46,512 nt of DNA from positions 1-46,512 of the forward strand of contig CBDULX010000001.1 of assembly GCA_965368175.1 (NCBI GenBank), read 5' to 3'. Of the stretch, positions 1-9,419 are shown in pieces. Positions within the stretch are counted from its first letter, which is position 1; each line of letters opens with the position of its first letter. The position numbers were made by a program, and so were the translations under genes. The notes beneath the pieces are model-generated. The model had not been told where the DNA came from, did no database searches, and saw only the letters and a program-made list of their open reading frames with translations. The stretch comes from an uncultured Gammaproteobacteria bacterium. GTDB taxonomy: Bacteria > Pseudomonadota > Gammaproteobacteria > SZUA-229.

Positions 1-1757
1 GTCAGTTCAACATCTATGCCGCTTTCCGGGCGCGGTCCTTTGAGTACCACATAGGCAAAAATAGCTTCACCCTTGATGTCATCAGGGCGTCCCACTACGG
101 CGGCTTCTGCCACCCGTTCGTGAGCCACCAGGGCTGATTCCACTTCCATGGTGCCGAGGCGGTGGCCGGACACGTTTAATACGTCATCGATGCGACCCAT
201 GATCCAGAAATATCCATCGGCATCTCTACGGGCGCTGTCACCGGCCAGGTAATACTTGCCGCCAAATTTTGGCCAGTAGGTGTCCAGGTAGCGCTGGTCA
301 TCACCCCAGATGGTGCGCAGCATGGAGGGAAAGGGTTTTTTGATGACCAGAAAGCCACCTTTATTGGCTTCGGTGATGCTATTACCTTCCTCGTCCACCA
401 CATCGGCGTCAATGCCGGGGAGGGGAATGGTGCAGGAACCGGGCTTGGTCGCGACCACTGCCGGAATAGGCGCAATCATATTGGCGCCGGTTTCAGTCTG
501 CCACCAGGTATCAACAATTGGGCAACGGGTTTTACCAATGACTTCGTGATACCAGATCCAGGCTTCCGGGTTGATAGGTTCACCTACTGTGCCCAGCAGA
601 CGGATAGAGGACAGATCATATTTATTAGGGAATTCATCACCCATTTTCATCAGTGCACGAATAGCCGTGGGGGCTGTGTAGAAAATGCTGACCTTGTGGT
701 CCTGGCAGATTTTCCAGAAACGACCAAAGTCCGGTACTGAAGGCGCACCTTCATACATGACGATGGTGCCACCCGCAGCCAGTGGGCCATAGGCCACATA
801 GGTATGACCGGTAATCCAGCCCACATCGGCAGTACACCAGAAGATGTCATTGTCCTGCAGGTCGAATACCCAGAGATTGGTCATGACGGCACCCAGTAAA
901 AAGCCAGCACTGGCGTGTTGTATGCCTTTGGGTTTGCCGGTGGAGCCAGAGGTGTAGAGCAGGAACAGGGGGTGTTCAGATTCAACCCACACCGGTGGGC
1001 AATCTGTGGACTGGCCTTTGACAGCATCGTGCCACCAGATATCACGGCCTTCGGTCATTTTAATATTGTGTTTGGAGCGCTGACAGACAATCACATGTTC
1101 GATGCTGGGGCAGCCATGATCCAGCGCTTTGTCGGTAGCGGCTTTGAGTTCTACTACTTTACCACCGCGATGGCCGCCATCAGCGGTAATGACCATTTTG
1201 GCGCCGGCATCATTGATGCGATCGCGCAGAGATTCAGCAGAGAAGCCTCCAAATACAACGGAGTGAATAGCACCGATACGGGCGCAGGCCTGCATGGCTA
1301 TCAGGGCTTCAGGGATCATCGGCATGTAGATTACCACCCGATCACCCTTTTCAATTCCCTGAGCTTTCAGAGCATTGGCAAACTGGCTGACATCATCGGT
1401 CAGCTGCTGATAACTGATATGACGGGTATCACCCTGTTCGCCTTCAAATATAATGGCGGTTTTATCGGCCCTGGTGGCCAGATGTCGATCAAGGCAATTA
1501 TGGGAAACATTCAGTGTGCCATCGGTAAACCATTTGAAATGAGGTGCGCGGCTATCGTCAAGTGTTTCGGTAAACGGTGTATGCCAGTCAAGCATAGCGC
1601 GGGACTGTTCTGCCCAGAATCCGGTGTAGTCCGTTGACGCCTGATGGTGAAGGGCATCAAAGTCGGCTTTCTTAATGCGCGCCTTGCTGCTGAATTCAGT
1701 GGATGGCTCAAACAAACGATCTTCTATTAAACCGGATTCAATATTATTGCTCGACAT
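1..1757 (-). CDS. acs: acetyl-CoA synthetase (AMP-forming), partial; the C-terminal end lies left of the window
   Basis: Absent from the ORF track because it is open at position 1. My translation of the minus strand from ATG at 1757-1755 gives [22 protein letters not shown]... with no stop down to position 1. It contains the acyl-adenylate motif [13 protein letters not shown] (rc of ~925-975) and DTWWQTETG (rc of ~485-520). Track ORFs 176-475, 310-549 and 915-1637 are off-frame or antisense shadows. Confidence 0.9.
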   Translation of the reverse strand, partial: MSSNNIESGLIEDRLFEPSTEFSSKARIKKADFDALHHQASTDYTGFWAEQSRAMLDWHTPFTETLDDSRAPHFKWFTDGTLNVSHNCLDRHLATRADKTAIIFEGEQGDTRHISYQQLTDDVSQFANALKAQGIEKGDRVVIYMPMIPEALIAMQACARIGAIHSVVFGGFSAESLRDRINDAGAKMVITADGGHRGGKVVELKAATDKALDHGCPSIEHVIVCQRSKHNIKMTEGRDIWWHDAVKGQSTDCPPVWVESEHPLFLLYTSGSTGKPKGIQHASAGFLLGAVMTNLWVFDLQDNDIFWCTADVGWITGHTYVAYGPLAAGGTIVMYEGAPSVPDFGRFWKICQDHKVSIFYTAPTAIRALMKMGDEFPNKYDLSSIRLLGTVGEPINPEAWIWYHEVIGKTRCPIVDTWWQTETGANMIAPIPAVVATKPGSCTIPLPGIDADVVDEEGNSITEANKGGFLVIKKPFPSMLRTIWGDDQRYLDTYWPKFGGKYYLAGDSARRDADGYFWIMGRIDDVLNVSGHRLGTMEVESALVAHERVAEAAVVGRPDDIKGEAIFAYVVLKGPRPESGIDVEL

Positions 1758-1831
1758 GCCCCTCTCCGATAACTCTTGATTGTTCTAAAGACCCAAGCAT
1801 ACCGGCTGCTTGAGAGTGACGCAATATGGTT

Positions 1832-1964
1832 AGGGACCTCTTGTTAACTTGTCATTTCGACCAGAGGGAGAAATCTTTCTTTTAATAACTGCATAAATAT
1901 CAAGCATTTAAGATCCCTCCCTATCAGTCGGGATGACAAAACGACACTTAATCAGAGGTTCCTT
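1832..1964. mobile_element. MITE-like palindromic element, short copy (family with ~17-bp terminal inverted repeats, consensus AAGGAACCTCTGATTAA)
   Basis: Left end AGGGACCTCTTGTTAA (1832-1847) and right end TTAATCAGAGGTTCCTT (1948-1964) are inverted copies. The interior pairs GTCATTTCGAC/GTCGGGATGAC and GGGAGAAATCT/AGATCCCTCC form nested stems. It is colinear with the longer copy at 7044-7272. The right end overlaps the gluQ stop codon (1963-1965). Confidence 0.6.
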
Positions 1965-2871
1965 AGCTGTCGTCAAGAATCGTTGCCTGGGATGGAATCC
2001 TGCTGAGTGACCAGTTATTTTTGGCCCATTGCCAGAATTCATTAAGACTGGCCTGCTCAAGTTCCTCAGGTGGCTGCTGATTAAGGAATTTCATTGCTTT
2101 CAGCAGTGTGTTTACCGTGTGGCCGGTATCGACCGCTGGTGCGTGAGTCTGTTTGCTTAGCTTGTCACCCTGAGGATTTACCGCTAACGGCAGATGGGCA
2201 TATTGGGTGCTCGGGTAACCCAGGCACTGTTGCAGGTAAATCTGGCGCGGAGTCGATTCCAGTAAGTCATATCCACGCACGATGTGGGTAATGCCTTGCC
2301 AGGCATCATCCACCACCACGGCCAGCTGATATGCGAACAGGCCATCCCGACGACGGATAATGAAATCCCCCAGACTGGTGTGGGGGTTATGGCCAGAAAC
2401 GCCCATAATGGCGTCGCTAAATTCGATATGGCGGTTAGCTGTGCGCAGGCGGACAGCATGGTCATGGTGTTCAGAGTGATTGCTATTCTGGCAGGTGCCG
2501 GGATAAATAATACCTAAAGGGCCGTGTTCGGCCTGCTCTTTAATTTGACTGCGACTGCAGATGCAGCGATAGATTAATTCCTGTTCTTGCAGCTGATCAA
2601 GGGCGTCCTGATAGGCCTGTTTGCGCTGAGTCTGATAAATTACCTCGCCCTGCCATTCAAAGCCATAGGCTTCCAGAGTGTGGAGGATATCGGTATCCGC
2701 ATGCCTGACGTTGCGCAATTCATCGATATCTTCCATACGAACCAGCCATTCCCCCTGCTGGTTCTGGGCTTCCAGATAACTGGCCAGTGCAGCAATCAGA
2801 GAGCCAAAATGCAATGGACCGGTAGGTGAGGGGGCAAAACGTCCCCGATAGAGGGATTTTTGATCAGGCAT
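1963..2871 (-). CDS. gluQ: glutamyl-Q tRNA(Asp) synthetase (GluRS catalytic-domain paralogue)
   Basis: 302 aa. N-terminus RGRFAPSPTGPLHFGSL is the class-I aaRS HIGH region of GluRS-like enzymes. Its size matches the anticodon-domain-less GluQRS. It sits directly downstream of dksA, as in the E. coli dksA-gluQ (yadB) pair. Confidence 0.9.
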   Translation of the reverse strand: MPDQKSLYRGRFAPSPTGPLHFGSLIAALASYLEAQNQQGEWLVRMEDIDELRNVRHADTDILHTLEAYGFEWQGEVIYQTQRKQAYQDALDQLQEQELIYRCICSRSQIKEQAEHGPLGIIYPGTCQNSNHSEHHDHAVRLRTANRHIEFSDAIMGVSGHNPHTSLGDFIIRRRDGLFAYQLAVVVDDAWQGITHIVRGYDLLESTPRQIYLQQCLGYPSTQYAHLPLAVNPQGDKLSKQTHAPAVDTGHTVNTLLKAMKFLNQQPPEELEQASLNEFWQWAKNNWSLSRIPSQATILDDS

Positions 2872-2880
2872 TAATTACTC

Positions 2881-2901
2881 GAACCGGGCTGAGCCCGGTT
2901 C
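2881..2901 (-). terminator. perfect 9-bp stem / 3-nt loop hairpin between dksA stop and gluQ start (possible attenuator or partial terminator)
   Basis: GAACCGGGC-TGA-GCCCGGTTC occupies 2881-2901 and ends 9 nt before the gluQ ATG (2871). No U-tract follows it on the minus strand. Confidence 0.45.
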
Positions 2902-2918
2902 TAAAGCAATGTGGCAGC

Positions 2919-3353
2919 TTATTTGCCTTTGATCTGTTTTTCCTTGATCTCATCAAGGCTTTTGCAATCGATACATTGGGTGGCTGTGGGACGAGCTTCA
3001 AGGCGGCGAATGCCGATTTCCACACCACAGGTTTCACAATAACCATAATCTCCGCTATCGAGCATATCCAGCGACTCATCAATTTTCTTGATCAGTTTAC
3101 GCTCACGGTCGCGGGTACGTAATTCCAGGCTGAATTCTTCTTCCTGGGAAGCACGGTCGGCCGGATCGGGGAAATTAGCGGCATCGTCTTTCATATGATC
3201 CACAGTGCGGTCAACTTCCTGCATCAGCTCTTTTTTCCAGCCTTCAAGGATGCTTCTGAAGTGGCCAACCTGCTGTTCATTCATGTATTCTTCGCCCTTT
3301 TTTTCAATATAAGGGGTAAAGCCGTGTAATTTTTGTGCCGAAGTATCAGGCAT
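2919..3353 (-). CDS. dksA: RNA polymerase-binding transcription factor DksA
   Basis: 144 aa. Acidic coiled-coil region plus a C-terminal C4 zinc finger, CETCGVEIGIRRLEARPTATQCIDCK. Size and position upstream of gluQ are typical. Confidence 0.95.
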   Translation of the reverse strand: MPDTSAQKLHGFTPYIEKKGEEYMNEQQVGHFRSILEGWKKELMQEVDRTVDHMKDDAANFPDPADRASQEEEFSLELRTRDRERKLIKKIDESLDMLDSGDYGYCETCGVEIGIRRLEARPTATQCIDCKSLDEIKEKQIKGK

Positions 3354-3641
3354 CGAAATCTCCGATATTTGTAGTCTCTGTATTCGCGACGCGATTTAAT
3401 ACCAAGAATTGCATCATTTAGCAACCAATTATAGTAAACAAGGTTGTTTTTCCCAGTAAGAAAAACGTCTAAAAAAGTGAAATAAATTAAGGAAATCAGC
3501 AATTAAACACATTATATTTAAAATACAAAAAAAAGCACATTATAATTAACCATAATAAAAACAATAAAATAGAGAAGCTATACAGCCTGGTTCTGATTTT
3601 CAGGCCTGGTTGCGAAGGCTCTCTGATTACCTTAGAAATAA

Positions 3642-3993
3642 TATCTTGATACAAATATCAATATTGTCATTCACACTGCCTCTGGAAGGTTTGCTCCTGA
3701 TGACGTTAAACACATACTTGATGAATTAATTCACCACCCCGATTTCAAAAAAAGACACGAATGAGGTCTGGGATTTTCGTCAAGTCCCTGATATTAACTT
3801 CACGGCTGCAGAATTGAGGGAGATTGTAGTTCATAGGGAGGTCTATCTGGCCCATCGTTCGCCGGGTTATAACCTGGCGATGGTGAGCGACGATGATTTG
3901 ATCTTTGGTCTGGCCAGGATGTTTATGGCTTACTGTGAACATTTGCCGATTAAAATCACCATCTTACGCACACTAGAAGCTGCCATGGAGTAG
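3642..3993 (+). pseudogene. possible remnant of a small unidentified ORF, broken by a frameshift in an A7 run and lacking a start codon
   Basis: One frame reads ...NINIVIHTASGRFAPDDVKHILDELIHHPDFKK and stops at 3762-3764. The next frame continues protein-like as DTNEVWDFRQVPDINFTAAELREIVVHREVYLAHRSPGYNLAMVSDDDLIFGLARMFMAY...EAAME* to 3993. The switch coincides with AAAAAAA at 3747-3753. No ATG follows the upstream stop at 3639-3641. Confidence 0.3.
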
Positions 3994-4004
3994 TTTCAGA
4001 AGGA

Positions 4005-5444
4005 TTAGTCAGGATCCCTGGGCTTTTTTTCTACTCGAGTAATCAGTGTGCCCTTAGCCAGCCGCAGCTGAATCTGTTCCCCCGGTTTAACCTGTCGGCT
4101 ATCTGTGATGGTTTCACCACTGCTTTTGCTGGCGATGGCATAGCCACGGCCCAGGGTTTCCAGCGGGCTGACGGCATTCAGGGTGCGTGAGAGGCTGGCC
4201 AGCAACTGGTGTTTGTTATGAAGAGTAGTTTTTTGCGTTATTAGCAGTCGTTTTTGCAACCCGTTCAGAATCTGCTGTTCTCTATATATTTTGAGCTCCG
4301 GTGAACAGGCCATCAATCGATTAAGCTGATGAAGCTGCAGGTGCTGCTGGAGTTTAATATTATAGAACCAGCTGGTTTTCAGTCGTTGTTCCAGCTCATC
4401 CAGCCTTTGAGACTGCTGCTGCAGGTAACTGGTGGGGTGTTGCTGCTGTAAGCGTTTTTCCAGCCAGCCAAGTTGCTGCAGTTGAGCTTTGATACGATTG
4501 AGCATCAGTTGCTGTAAGCGCTGCCGACAGGCATAAAAGCTCTGCAGGTAAAGGTTCTGGTCCGGACTGATCAATTCGGCTGCAGCAGAGGGTGTGGGTG
4601 CTCTGACGTCGGCCACAAAGTCGGCAATGGTGAAATCAATTTCATGGCCTACGCCACAGATTACGGGGATATCGCAATCAGTAATGGCATGGGCCACCAT
4701 TTCCTCATTGAAGGGCCACAGATCCTCCAGTGAGCCACCGCCGCGGACCAGCAGCAACACATCACAGTCTTTGCGTTGTGAAGCACGGTGTAATTGCGCA
4801 ACAATTTGTGGCGCCGCCGCATCCCCCTGTACGGCTACCGGGTAAATTAAAACTGGAATGGCGGGAAAGCGTCGCTGTAGCACACTTAATACATCACGGA
4901 TCGCGGCACCGGTGGTTGAGGTGATGACACCTATGCGTTTCGGGAGCTTGGGCAGAGGTTTTTTTCTGTCTTCGTCAAATAAACCCTGTTCGGCCAGCTG
5001 GGCTTTTAGTCGTTCGAATTCCCGCTGCAAAGCACCATTGCCGGCTTCTTCCATGTGCTCCACTAGTAACTGGAAATTGCCTCGTGCCTCATAGAGGCTG
5101 ACTCTGGCCCGCAGCAGTACCTGCTGGCCATTTTCTGGTTTGAACCGCAAAAACTGGTTACGCCCTTTGAACATAGCGCAGCTGACCTGTGCTTTAGCAT
5201 CTTTCAGGGTGAAGTACATATGGCCGGATGAGGGTTGCGACAGGTTGGATAATTCACCTTCTACCCAGAGCAGTGGGAACTCGGACTCCAGCAGGCTGCG
5301 CACGGTAAAATTTAGCTCAGATACGCTGTGGATGGTACGTTGGGGTTGCAGATCGGTGCTGTTAGTCATGGGCCATGATGATAGATTTTTAGCGAGCTGA
5401 GCACCAGTGCTTTCTGACATTAACCGAGCTGGGCCAGGATTCAC
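4005..5444 (-). CDS. xseA: exodeoxyribonuclease VII large subunit
   Basis: 479 aa. The OB-fold N-terminus VSELNFTVRSLLESEFPLLWVEGELSNLSQPSSGHMYFTLKDA resembles E. coli XseA. It is divergent from guaB, as in E. coli. The GTG start at 5444 has AAGGGA upstream; internal ATGs at 5420 or 5369 remain possible starts. Confidence 0.9.
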   Translation of the reverse strand: MNPGPARLMSESTGAQLAKNLSSWPMTNSTDLQPQRTIHSVSELNFTVRSLLESEFPLLWVEGELSNLSQPSSGHMYFTLKDAKAQVSCAMFKGRNQFLRFKPENGQQVLLRARVSLYEARGNFQLLVEHMEEAGNGALQREFERLKAQLAEQGLFDEDRKKPLPKLPKRIGVITSTTGAAIRDVLSVLQRRFPAIPVLIYPVAVQGDAAAPQIVAQLHRASQRKDCDVLLLVRGGGSLEDLWPFNEEMVAHAITDCDIPVICGVGHEIDFTIADFVADVRAPTPSAAAELISPDQNLYLQSFYACRQRLQQLMLNRIKAQLQQLGWLEKRLQQQHPTSYLQQQSQRLDELEQRLKTSWFYNIKLQQHLQLHQLNRLMACSPELKIYREQQILNGLQKRLLITQKTTLHNKHQLLASLSRTLNAVSPLETLGRGYAIASKSSGETITDSRQVKPGEQIQLRLAKGTLITRVEKKPRDPD

Positions 5445-5475
5445 GATTTCCCTTTAGAATCCGCATTTTATGAGC

Positions 5476-5505
5476 TTGTCATAGATCAGTCGAATCTTAT
5501 ATAAT
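5476..5505 (+). promoter_or_regulatory. candidate sigma-70 promoter for guaBA
   Basis: TTGTCA (5476-5481), an 18-nt spacer, then TATAAT (5500-5505). It lies 33 nt upstream of the guaB ATG, which is preceded by AGGAG (5528-5532). Confidence 0.4.
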
Positions 5506-5537
5506 TGTACGATTTACCAGACCAAACAGGAGCCGTT

Positions 5538-6995
5538 ATGCGAATATCTCAGGAAGCACTCACTTTTGATGATGTGTTGTTGATTCCCGCCCATTCTACG
5601 GTCCTGCCTAACGAGGTAAGTCTGGGTACTCAGCTTACTCGTGAAATTAGATTGAATATTCCGCTGATTTCGGCGGCCATGGATACGGTGACCGAGGCCC
5701 GACTGGCCATTGCCTTAGCTCAGGCGGGTGGTATGGGTATTATTCATAAGAACATGAATGCTGAGGAACAGGCGCATCAGGTCTCTATGGTTAAAAAATA
5801 CGAAGCCGGGGTGATCAGCGAGCCCATTACTGTGCCTTCTAACACTACAGTTAGCGAAGTGCTCAAATTAACCCAGGAAAACAGCATTTCAGGTGTTCCA
5901 GTGGTGGATGGTGAGGATCTGGTGGGTATAGTTACCGCCCGCGACCTGCGTTTTGAAACCGGTATGGATAAACCGATAACCGAAATCATGACCCCCAAGG
6001 AAAAGCTGGTGACGGTTAAAGAAGGTGCCGACAGGGAAGAAGTGCTGGGTTTGCTGCACAAACACCGCATCGAAAAGGTGCTGGTGGTGAACGACCAGTT
6101 TCAGTTACGCGGCATGATTACTGTTAAAGATATTCAGAAATCCGATGATTTTCCTAATGCCTGTAAAGATGGACATGGTCGCCTGCGGGTGGGTGCTGCG
6201 GTGGGCACCGGTGCCGATGCGGAAGAACGGGTGACTGCGCTGGTGGGTGCCGGTGTTGATGTGATCATTGTGGATACCGCTCATGGTCATTCACAGGGTG
6301 TGCTGGACCGGGTGGCCTGGGTCAAGAGGCATTTCCCACAGGTTCAGGTAATTGGCGGTAATATTGCCACAGCCCAGGCCGCGAAAGACCTGGTCAAGGC
6401 TGGCGCCGATGCAGTTAAAGTGGGTATAGGCCCCGGGTCTATTTGCACTACCCGTATTGTAGCCGGAGTGGGTGTGCCACAGATATCGGCAGTCGCTAAC
6501 GTCGCCAAGGCGCTGGAAGGCACCGGTATCCCTCTGATTGCCGATGGTGGCGTACGTTATTCCGGTGATGTGGCCAAGGCTCTGGCAGCCGGTGCCTATT
6601 GCATTATGATTGGTGGCCTGTTTGCGGGCACTGAAGAAGCGCCCGGTGAAGTGGAGCTGTTCCAGGGGCGTTCATACAAGTCCTATCGCGGTATGGGGTC
6701 TATTGGTGCCATGGAAAAAGGCTCCAGTGATCGATATTTTCAGGATAAAAATGCCGGGGCGGAAAAGCTGGTGCCGGAAGGTATCGAAGGTCGTGTGCCT
6801 TACAAGGGGCCAATGAGTACTATTATCTACCAGCTGCTGGGAGGGATTCGTGCCAGTATGGGGTATGTAGGCTGTGCCAACCTGGATGAAATGCGAACCA
6901 AACCTGAGTTTGTACGGATTTCCAGTGCCGGTATCCAGGAGTCACATGTGCACGATGTGACCATCACCAAAGAAGCACCGAATTACCGTACTTAA
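5538..6995 (+). CDS. guaB: IMP dehydrogenase
   Basis: [17 protein letters not shown] is the canonical IMPDH N-terminus. It has a CBS-pair insert and the catalytic loop [11 protein letters not shown]. The track start at 5505 is a TTG extension; the ATG at 5538 has a good SD. Confidence 0.95.
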   Translation: MRISQEALTFDDVLLIPAHSTVLPNEVSLGTQLTREIRLNIPLISAAMDTVTEARLAIALAQAGGMGIIHKNMNAEEQAHQVSMVKKYEAGVISEPITVPSNTTVSEVLKLTQENSISGVPVVDGEDLVGIVTARDLRFETGMDKPITEIMTPKEKLVTVKEGADREEVLGLLHKHRIEKVLVVNDQFQLRGMITVKDIQKSDDFPNACKDGHGRLRVGAAVGTGADAEERVTALVGAGVDVIIVDTAHGHSQGVLDRVAWVKRHFPQVQVIGGNIATAQAAKDLVKAGADAVKVGIGPGSICTTRIVAGVGVPQISAVANVAKALEGTGIPLIADGGVRYSGDVAKALAAGAYCIMIGGLFAGTEEAPGEVELFQGRSYKSYRGMGSIGAMEKGSSDRYFQDKNAGAEKLVPEGIEGRVPYKGPMSTIIYQLLGGIRASMGYVGCANLDEMRTKPEFVRISSAGIQESHVHDVTITKEAPNYRT

Positions 6996-7003
6996 ATAAA
7001 TTA

Positions 7004-7321
7004 TTGCCACAGAGTCACGGAGAACACAGAGTTTTTAATATTTAGGGAACCTTTGATTAATTTGTCATTTCGACCAAAGGGACGAGCCCATGGATGGGCG
7101 AAGGTAGAACAATCATGGAGCTATTGTCGAGAAATCTTGCTGTTGATAGCTGTATAAATATCAAGCATTTAAGATCCCTCGGCAACTGCTCCTGCGTTGC
7201 CCTACTACTTACATCCGTGTAAGCATCCATTTAAGTCGGGATGACATATTATGAATTAATCAGAGGTTCCTTAGATCTCTGTGTACCCAATGGGCATAAA
7301 CTCTCTGAGACTCTGTGGCAA
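7004..7321. repeat. REP-like palindromic unit (TTGCCACAGAG family) whose loop carries a nested MITE-like element
   Basis: Left arm TTGCCACAGAGTCACGGAGAACACAGAG (7004-7031). Right arm CTCTGTGTACCC...CTCTGAGACTCTGTGGCAA (ends 7321). The same arms sit back-to-back at 8938-9013. Confidence 0.6.
7044..7272. mobile_element. MITE-like element, long copy (same family as 1832-1964)
   Basis: Ends are AGGGAACCTTTGATTAA (7044-7060) and TTAATCAGAGGTTCCTT (7256-7272). The interior matches the 1832-1964 copy except for two extra blocks (~7082-7130 and ~7181-7234). Confidence 0.6.
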
Positions 7322-7350
7322 ATTAATCCAACAATATTGCAGCCATATCT

Positions 7351-8931
7351 ATGACTACTCAAAACATTCATGCCGATCGTATCCTTATTCTGGATTTTGG
7401 TTCTCAGTATACTCAGTTGATTGCGCGTCGCATCCGTGAAGCGGGTGTGTATTGTGAGCTTTATGGCTGGGATATGGATGTTGAGGTGCTTAAGGCGTTT
7501 AAACCTTCAGGCATTATCCTCTCCGGTGGCCCGGAGACGGTGACAGAAGAAGAATCGCCCGTTGCGCCGGCTATCGTATTTGAGCTGGGAGTACCGGTGC
7601 TGGGTATTTGCTACGGAATGCAGACCATGGCCGAACAGCTGGGTGGTAAGGTAGAGAGTGCCGATCACCATGAATATGGCTACGCACAGGTGCGCGCTCG
7701 TGGGCACACCCGGTTGCTGAAGGACATCGAAGACCACACCACCGAAGACGGTTATGGCCTGCTGGATGTGTGGATGTCTCACGGCGATCGTGTGGTGGAT
7801 ATGCCTGAGGGTTTCAAGCTCATGGCATCGACCGATTCTGCACCCATCGCGGGTATGGCCAATGAGGAAAAAGATTTTTACGGTGTGCAGTTTCACCCGG
7901 AAGTTACCCATACTCGACAGGGTTTGCGTATTATCCAGCGTTTTGTTCATGACATCTGTGGTTGCGGTAATTTGTGGACCGCCGACAACATTATCGATGA
8001 TTCTATCGAAACTATTCGCAAACAGGTGAGTAAAGAAGAAGTATTGCTGGGCCTGTCCGGAGGCGTCGATTCATCGGTCGTTGCCGCGCTATTGCACAAG
8101 GCCATTGGTGATCAACTGACCTGTGTATTTGTAGATAATGGCTTATTGCGCTATGGCGAAGGTGATCAGGTGATGGCGACCTTCGCCGAGCATATGGGTG
8201 TTAAGGTAATTCGGGTGGATGCCGAGCAACGATTCCTCGATGCGCTCAAGGGTGAAATTGACCCCGAGAAGAAACGCAAAATTATTGGCAATCTGTTTGT
8301 TGATATTTTTGAGGAACAGGCCAGTAAACTGGACAATGCAAAGTGGCTGGCCCAGGGTACGATTTATCCCGATGTGATTGAGTCTGCCGGTGCTAAAACC
8401 GGCAAGGCGCATCTAATCAAGTCCCACCATAATGTAGGTGGCCTGCCGGATTACATGAAACTGAACCTCTGTGAACCATTACGAGAATTGTTCAAAGATG
8501 AAGTACGCAAGCTGGGAGTGGAATTGGGCCTGCCTTATGACATGGTGTATCGCCACCCTTTTCCTGGCCCGGGTCTGGGTGTGCGCATTCTTGGTGAAGT
8601 TAAAAAAGAATACGCCGATATTTTACGTCTGGCCGACCATGTTTTTATAGAAGAGCTGCACAAGCATGAACTGTACGATAAGGTTTCCCAGGCCTTCACT
8701 GTATTCCTGCCTGTGAAATCAGTGGGCGTGACCGGTGACGGTCGCCGTTATCAGTATGTCGTAGCCCTGCGTGCCGTTGAAACCATCGATTTCATGACCG
8801 CCCGCTGGGCCCACTTGCCGTACGATTTTCTGGATCATGTATCACGCCGAATTGTGAATGAAGTGAACGGAATTTCCCGTGTGGTGTACGACATCACCGG
8901 CAAACCCCCGGGCACGATTGAGTGGGAATAA
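7351..8931 (+). CDS. guaA: GMP synthase (glutamine-hydrolysing)
   Basis: 526 aa. GATase domain (GICYGMQ), ATP-PPase P-loop SGGVDSSV, and the canonical C-terminus KPPGTIEWE*. Confidence 0.97.
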   Translation: MTTQNIHADRILILDFGSQYTQLIARRIREAGVYCELYGWDMDVEVLKAFKPSGIILSGGPETVTEEESPVAPAIVFELGVPVLGICYGMQTMAEQLGGKVESADHHEYGYAQVRARGHTRLLKDIEDHTTEDGYGLLDVWMSHGDRVVDMPEGFKLMASTDSAPIAGMANEEKDFYGVQFHPEVTHTRQGLRIIQRFVHDICGCGNLWTADNIIDDSIETIRKQVSKEEVLLGLSGGVDSSVVAALLHKAIGDQLTCVFVDNGLLRYGEGDQVMATFAEHMGVKVIRVDAEQRFLDALKGEIDPEKKRKIIGNLFVDIFEEQASKLDNAKWLAQGTIYPDVIESAGAKTGKAHLIKSHHNVGGLPDYMKLNLCEPLRELFKDEVRKLGVELGLPYDMVYRHPFPGPGLGVRILGEVKKEYADILRLADHVFIEELHKHELYDKVSQAFTVFLPVKSVGVTGDGRRYQYVVALRAVETIDFMTARWAHLPYDFLDHVSRRIVNEVNGISRVVYDITGKPPGTIEWE

Positions 8932-8937
8932 ATAATC

Positions 8938-9013
8938 TTGCCACAGAGACACAGAGGTCACTGAGGTTTTTATAATTTAATAATTTCTCTGGGTTCTCCG
9001 TGACTCTGTGGCG
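8938..9013. repeat. REP-like hairpin (TTGCCACAGAG family), probable guaA terminator
   Basis: TTGCCACAGAGACACAGAGGTCACTGAGG, an AT-rich loop, then CTCTGGGTTCTCCGTGACTCTGTGGCG. An identical copy lies at 16067-16142. Confidence 0.7.
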
Positions 9014-9028
9014 TGTTAATAATCAACA

Positions 9029-9103
9029 ATGGAAAATAACGACCAACACTGGATGCAGCAGGCCCTGGAACTGGCTGCCAGGGCTGAAGCCGAAGGCGAG
9101 GTT
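9029..9103 (+). pseudogene. 5' stub of tadA (first 25 codons) left at the island's left junction
   Basis: MENNDQHWMQQALELAARAEAEGEV is identical in protein to the start of intact tadA at 16158. Homology stops at 9103. Confidence 0.9.
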
Positions 9104-9419
9104 TCTCGAAATTTTCATAACCAATCAAGTTCTTGAATTCGCCTTCAATTAAATAGCCCTGCATCGATCGAGCAGAGTTTCAAAGGGTTCGATGTCGTCG
9201 AGAAACGAACCGTCGTCGACCACGTGCTGATGGAAATAGACCTGTACAGGCTAAAAAGCAGAATTATATGCAAGTGCCACCCAACCTCCTTCACTGTATT
9301 ATTGAGGATAAAAACAAGTCAACCGGATATATACCTGTAGATGAAAGTTTTGTTTTATAACGAGATCAATCCTGTCAGAATCCCCGGGCTTAAGAAAATG
9401 AAAATCTATATGGAAACGG

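Larger units (their letters stand above)
8872..9103 (+). repeat. left copy of the 232-bp direct repeat bounding the island (guaA 3' end + spacer + tadA 5' stub)
   Basis: Aligns base-for-base with 16001-16232 (offset 7129) with 7 mismatches by my count. The 97-nt spacer is identical. Confidence 0.95.

Noticed and set aside
915-1637. 240-aa plus-strand ORF, the longest track ORF at the left end
   Set aside because: It lies antisense to the uninterrupted acs reading frame, which carries unmistakable acetyl-CoA synthetase motifs. It has no recognisable motifs of its own.
3281-3502. 73-aa minus-strand ORF upstream of dksA, together with the ORF at 3745-3942(-)
   Set aside because: The first overlaps the dksA start and runs through extremely AT-rich promoter DNA. 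The second is antisense to the more protein-like frameshifted ORF at 3642-3993.
7507-7950. 147-aa minus-strand ORF. Similar cases are 11528-11917(-) and 29076-29525(-)
   Set aside because: They are antisense shadows inside guaA, the SNF2 gene and rpoE respectively, with no independent support.
7004-9013. Considered whether the recurring TTGCCACAGAG palindromes could be a CRISPR array
   Set aside because: The copies are kilobases apart, in both orientations, and self-complementary, with no regular repeat-spacer periodicity. No cas genes are present.
8970-9164. 64-aa minus-strand ORF (MQGYLIEGEFKNLIGYENFEK...), with an adjacent frame reading ...FHQHVVDDGSFLDDIEPFETLLDRCRAI*
   Set aside because: More than half of the ORF runs through the repeated tadA stub, spacer and REP hairpin. 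The upstream piece is in another frame with no start. It is possibly a tiny gene remnant at the island's left edge, but it is not supportable as a gene.
9271-9300. Possible inverted copy of the island right-arm sequence near the left end (CCACCCAACCTCCTTC versus the rc arm CCACCCTCAAACCAACCCCCTTC)
   Set aside because: Similarity is limited to ~15 nt with gaps, and nothing extends on either side. This is most likely chance.
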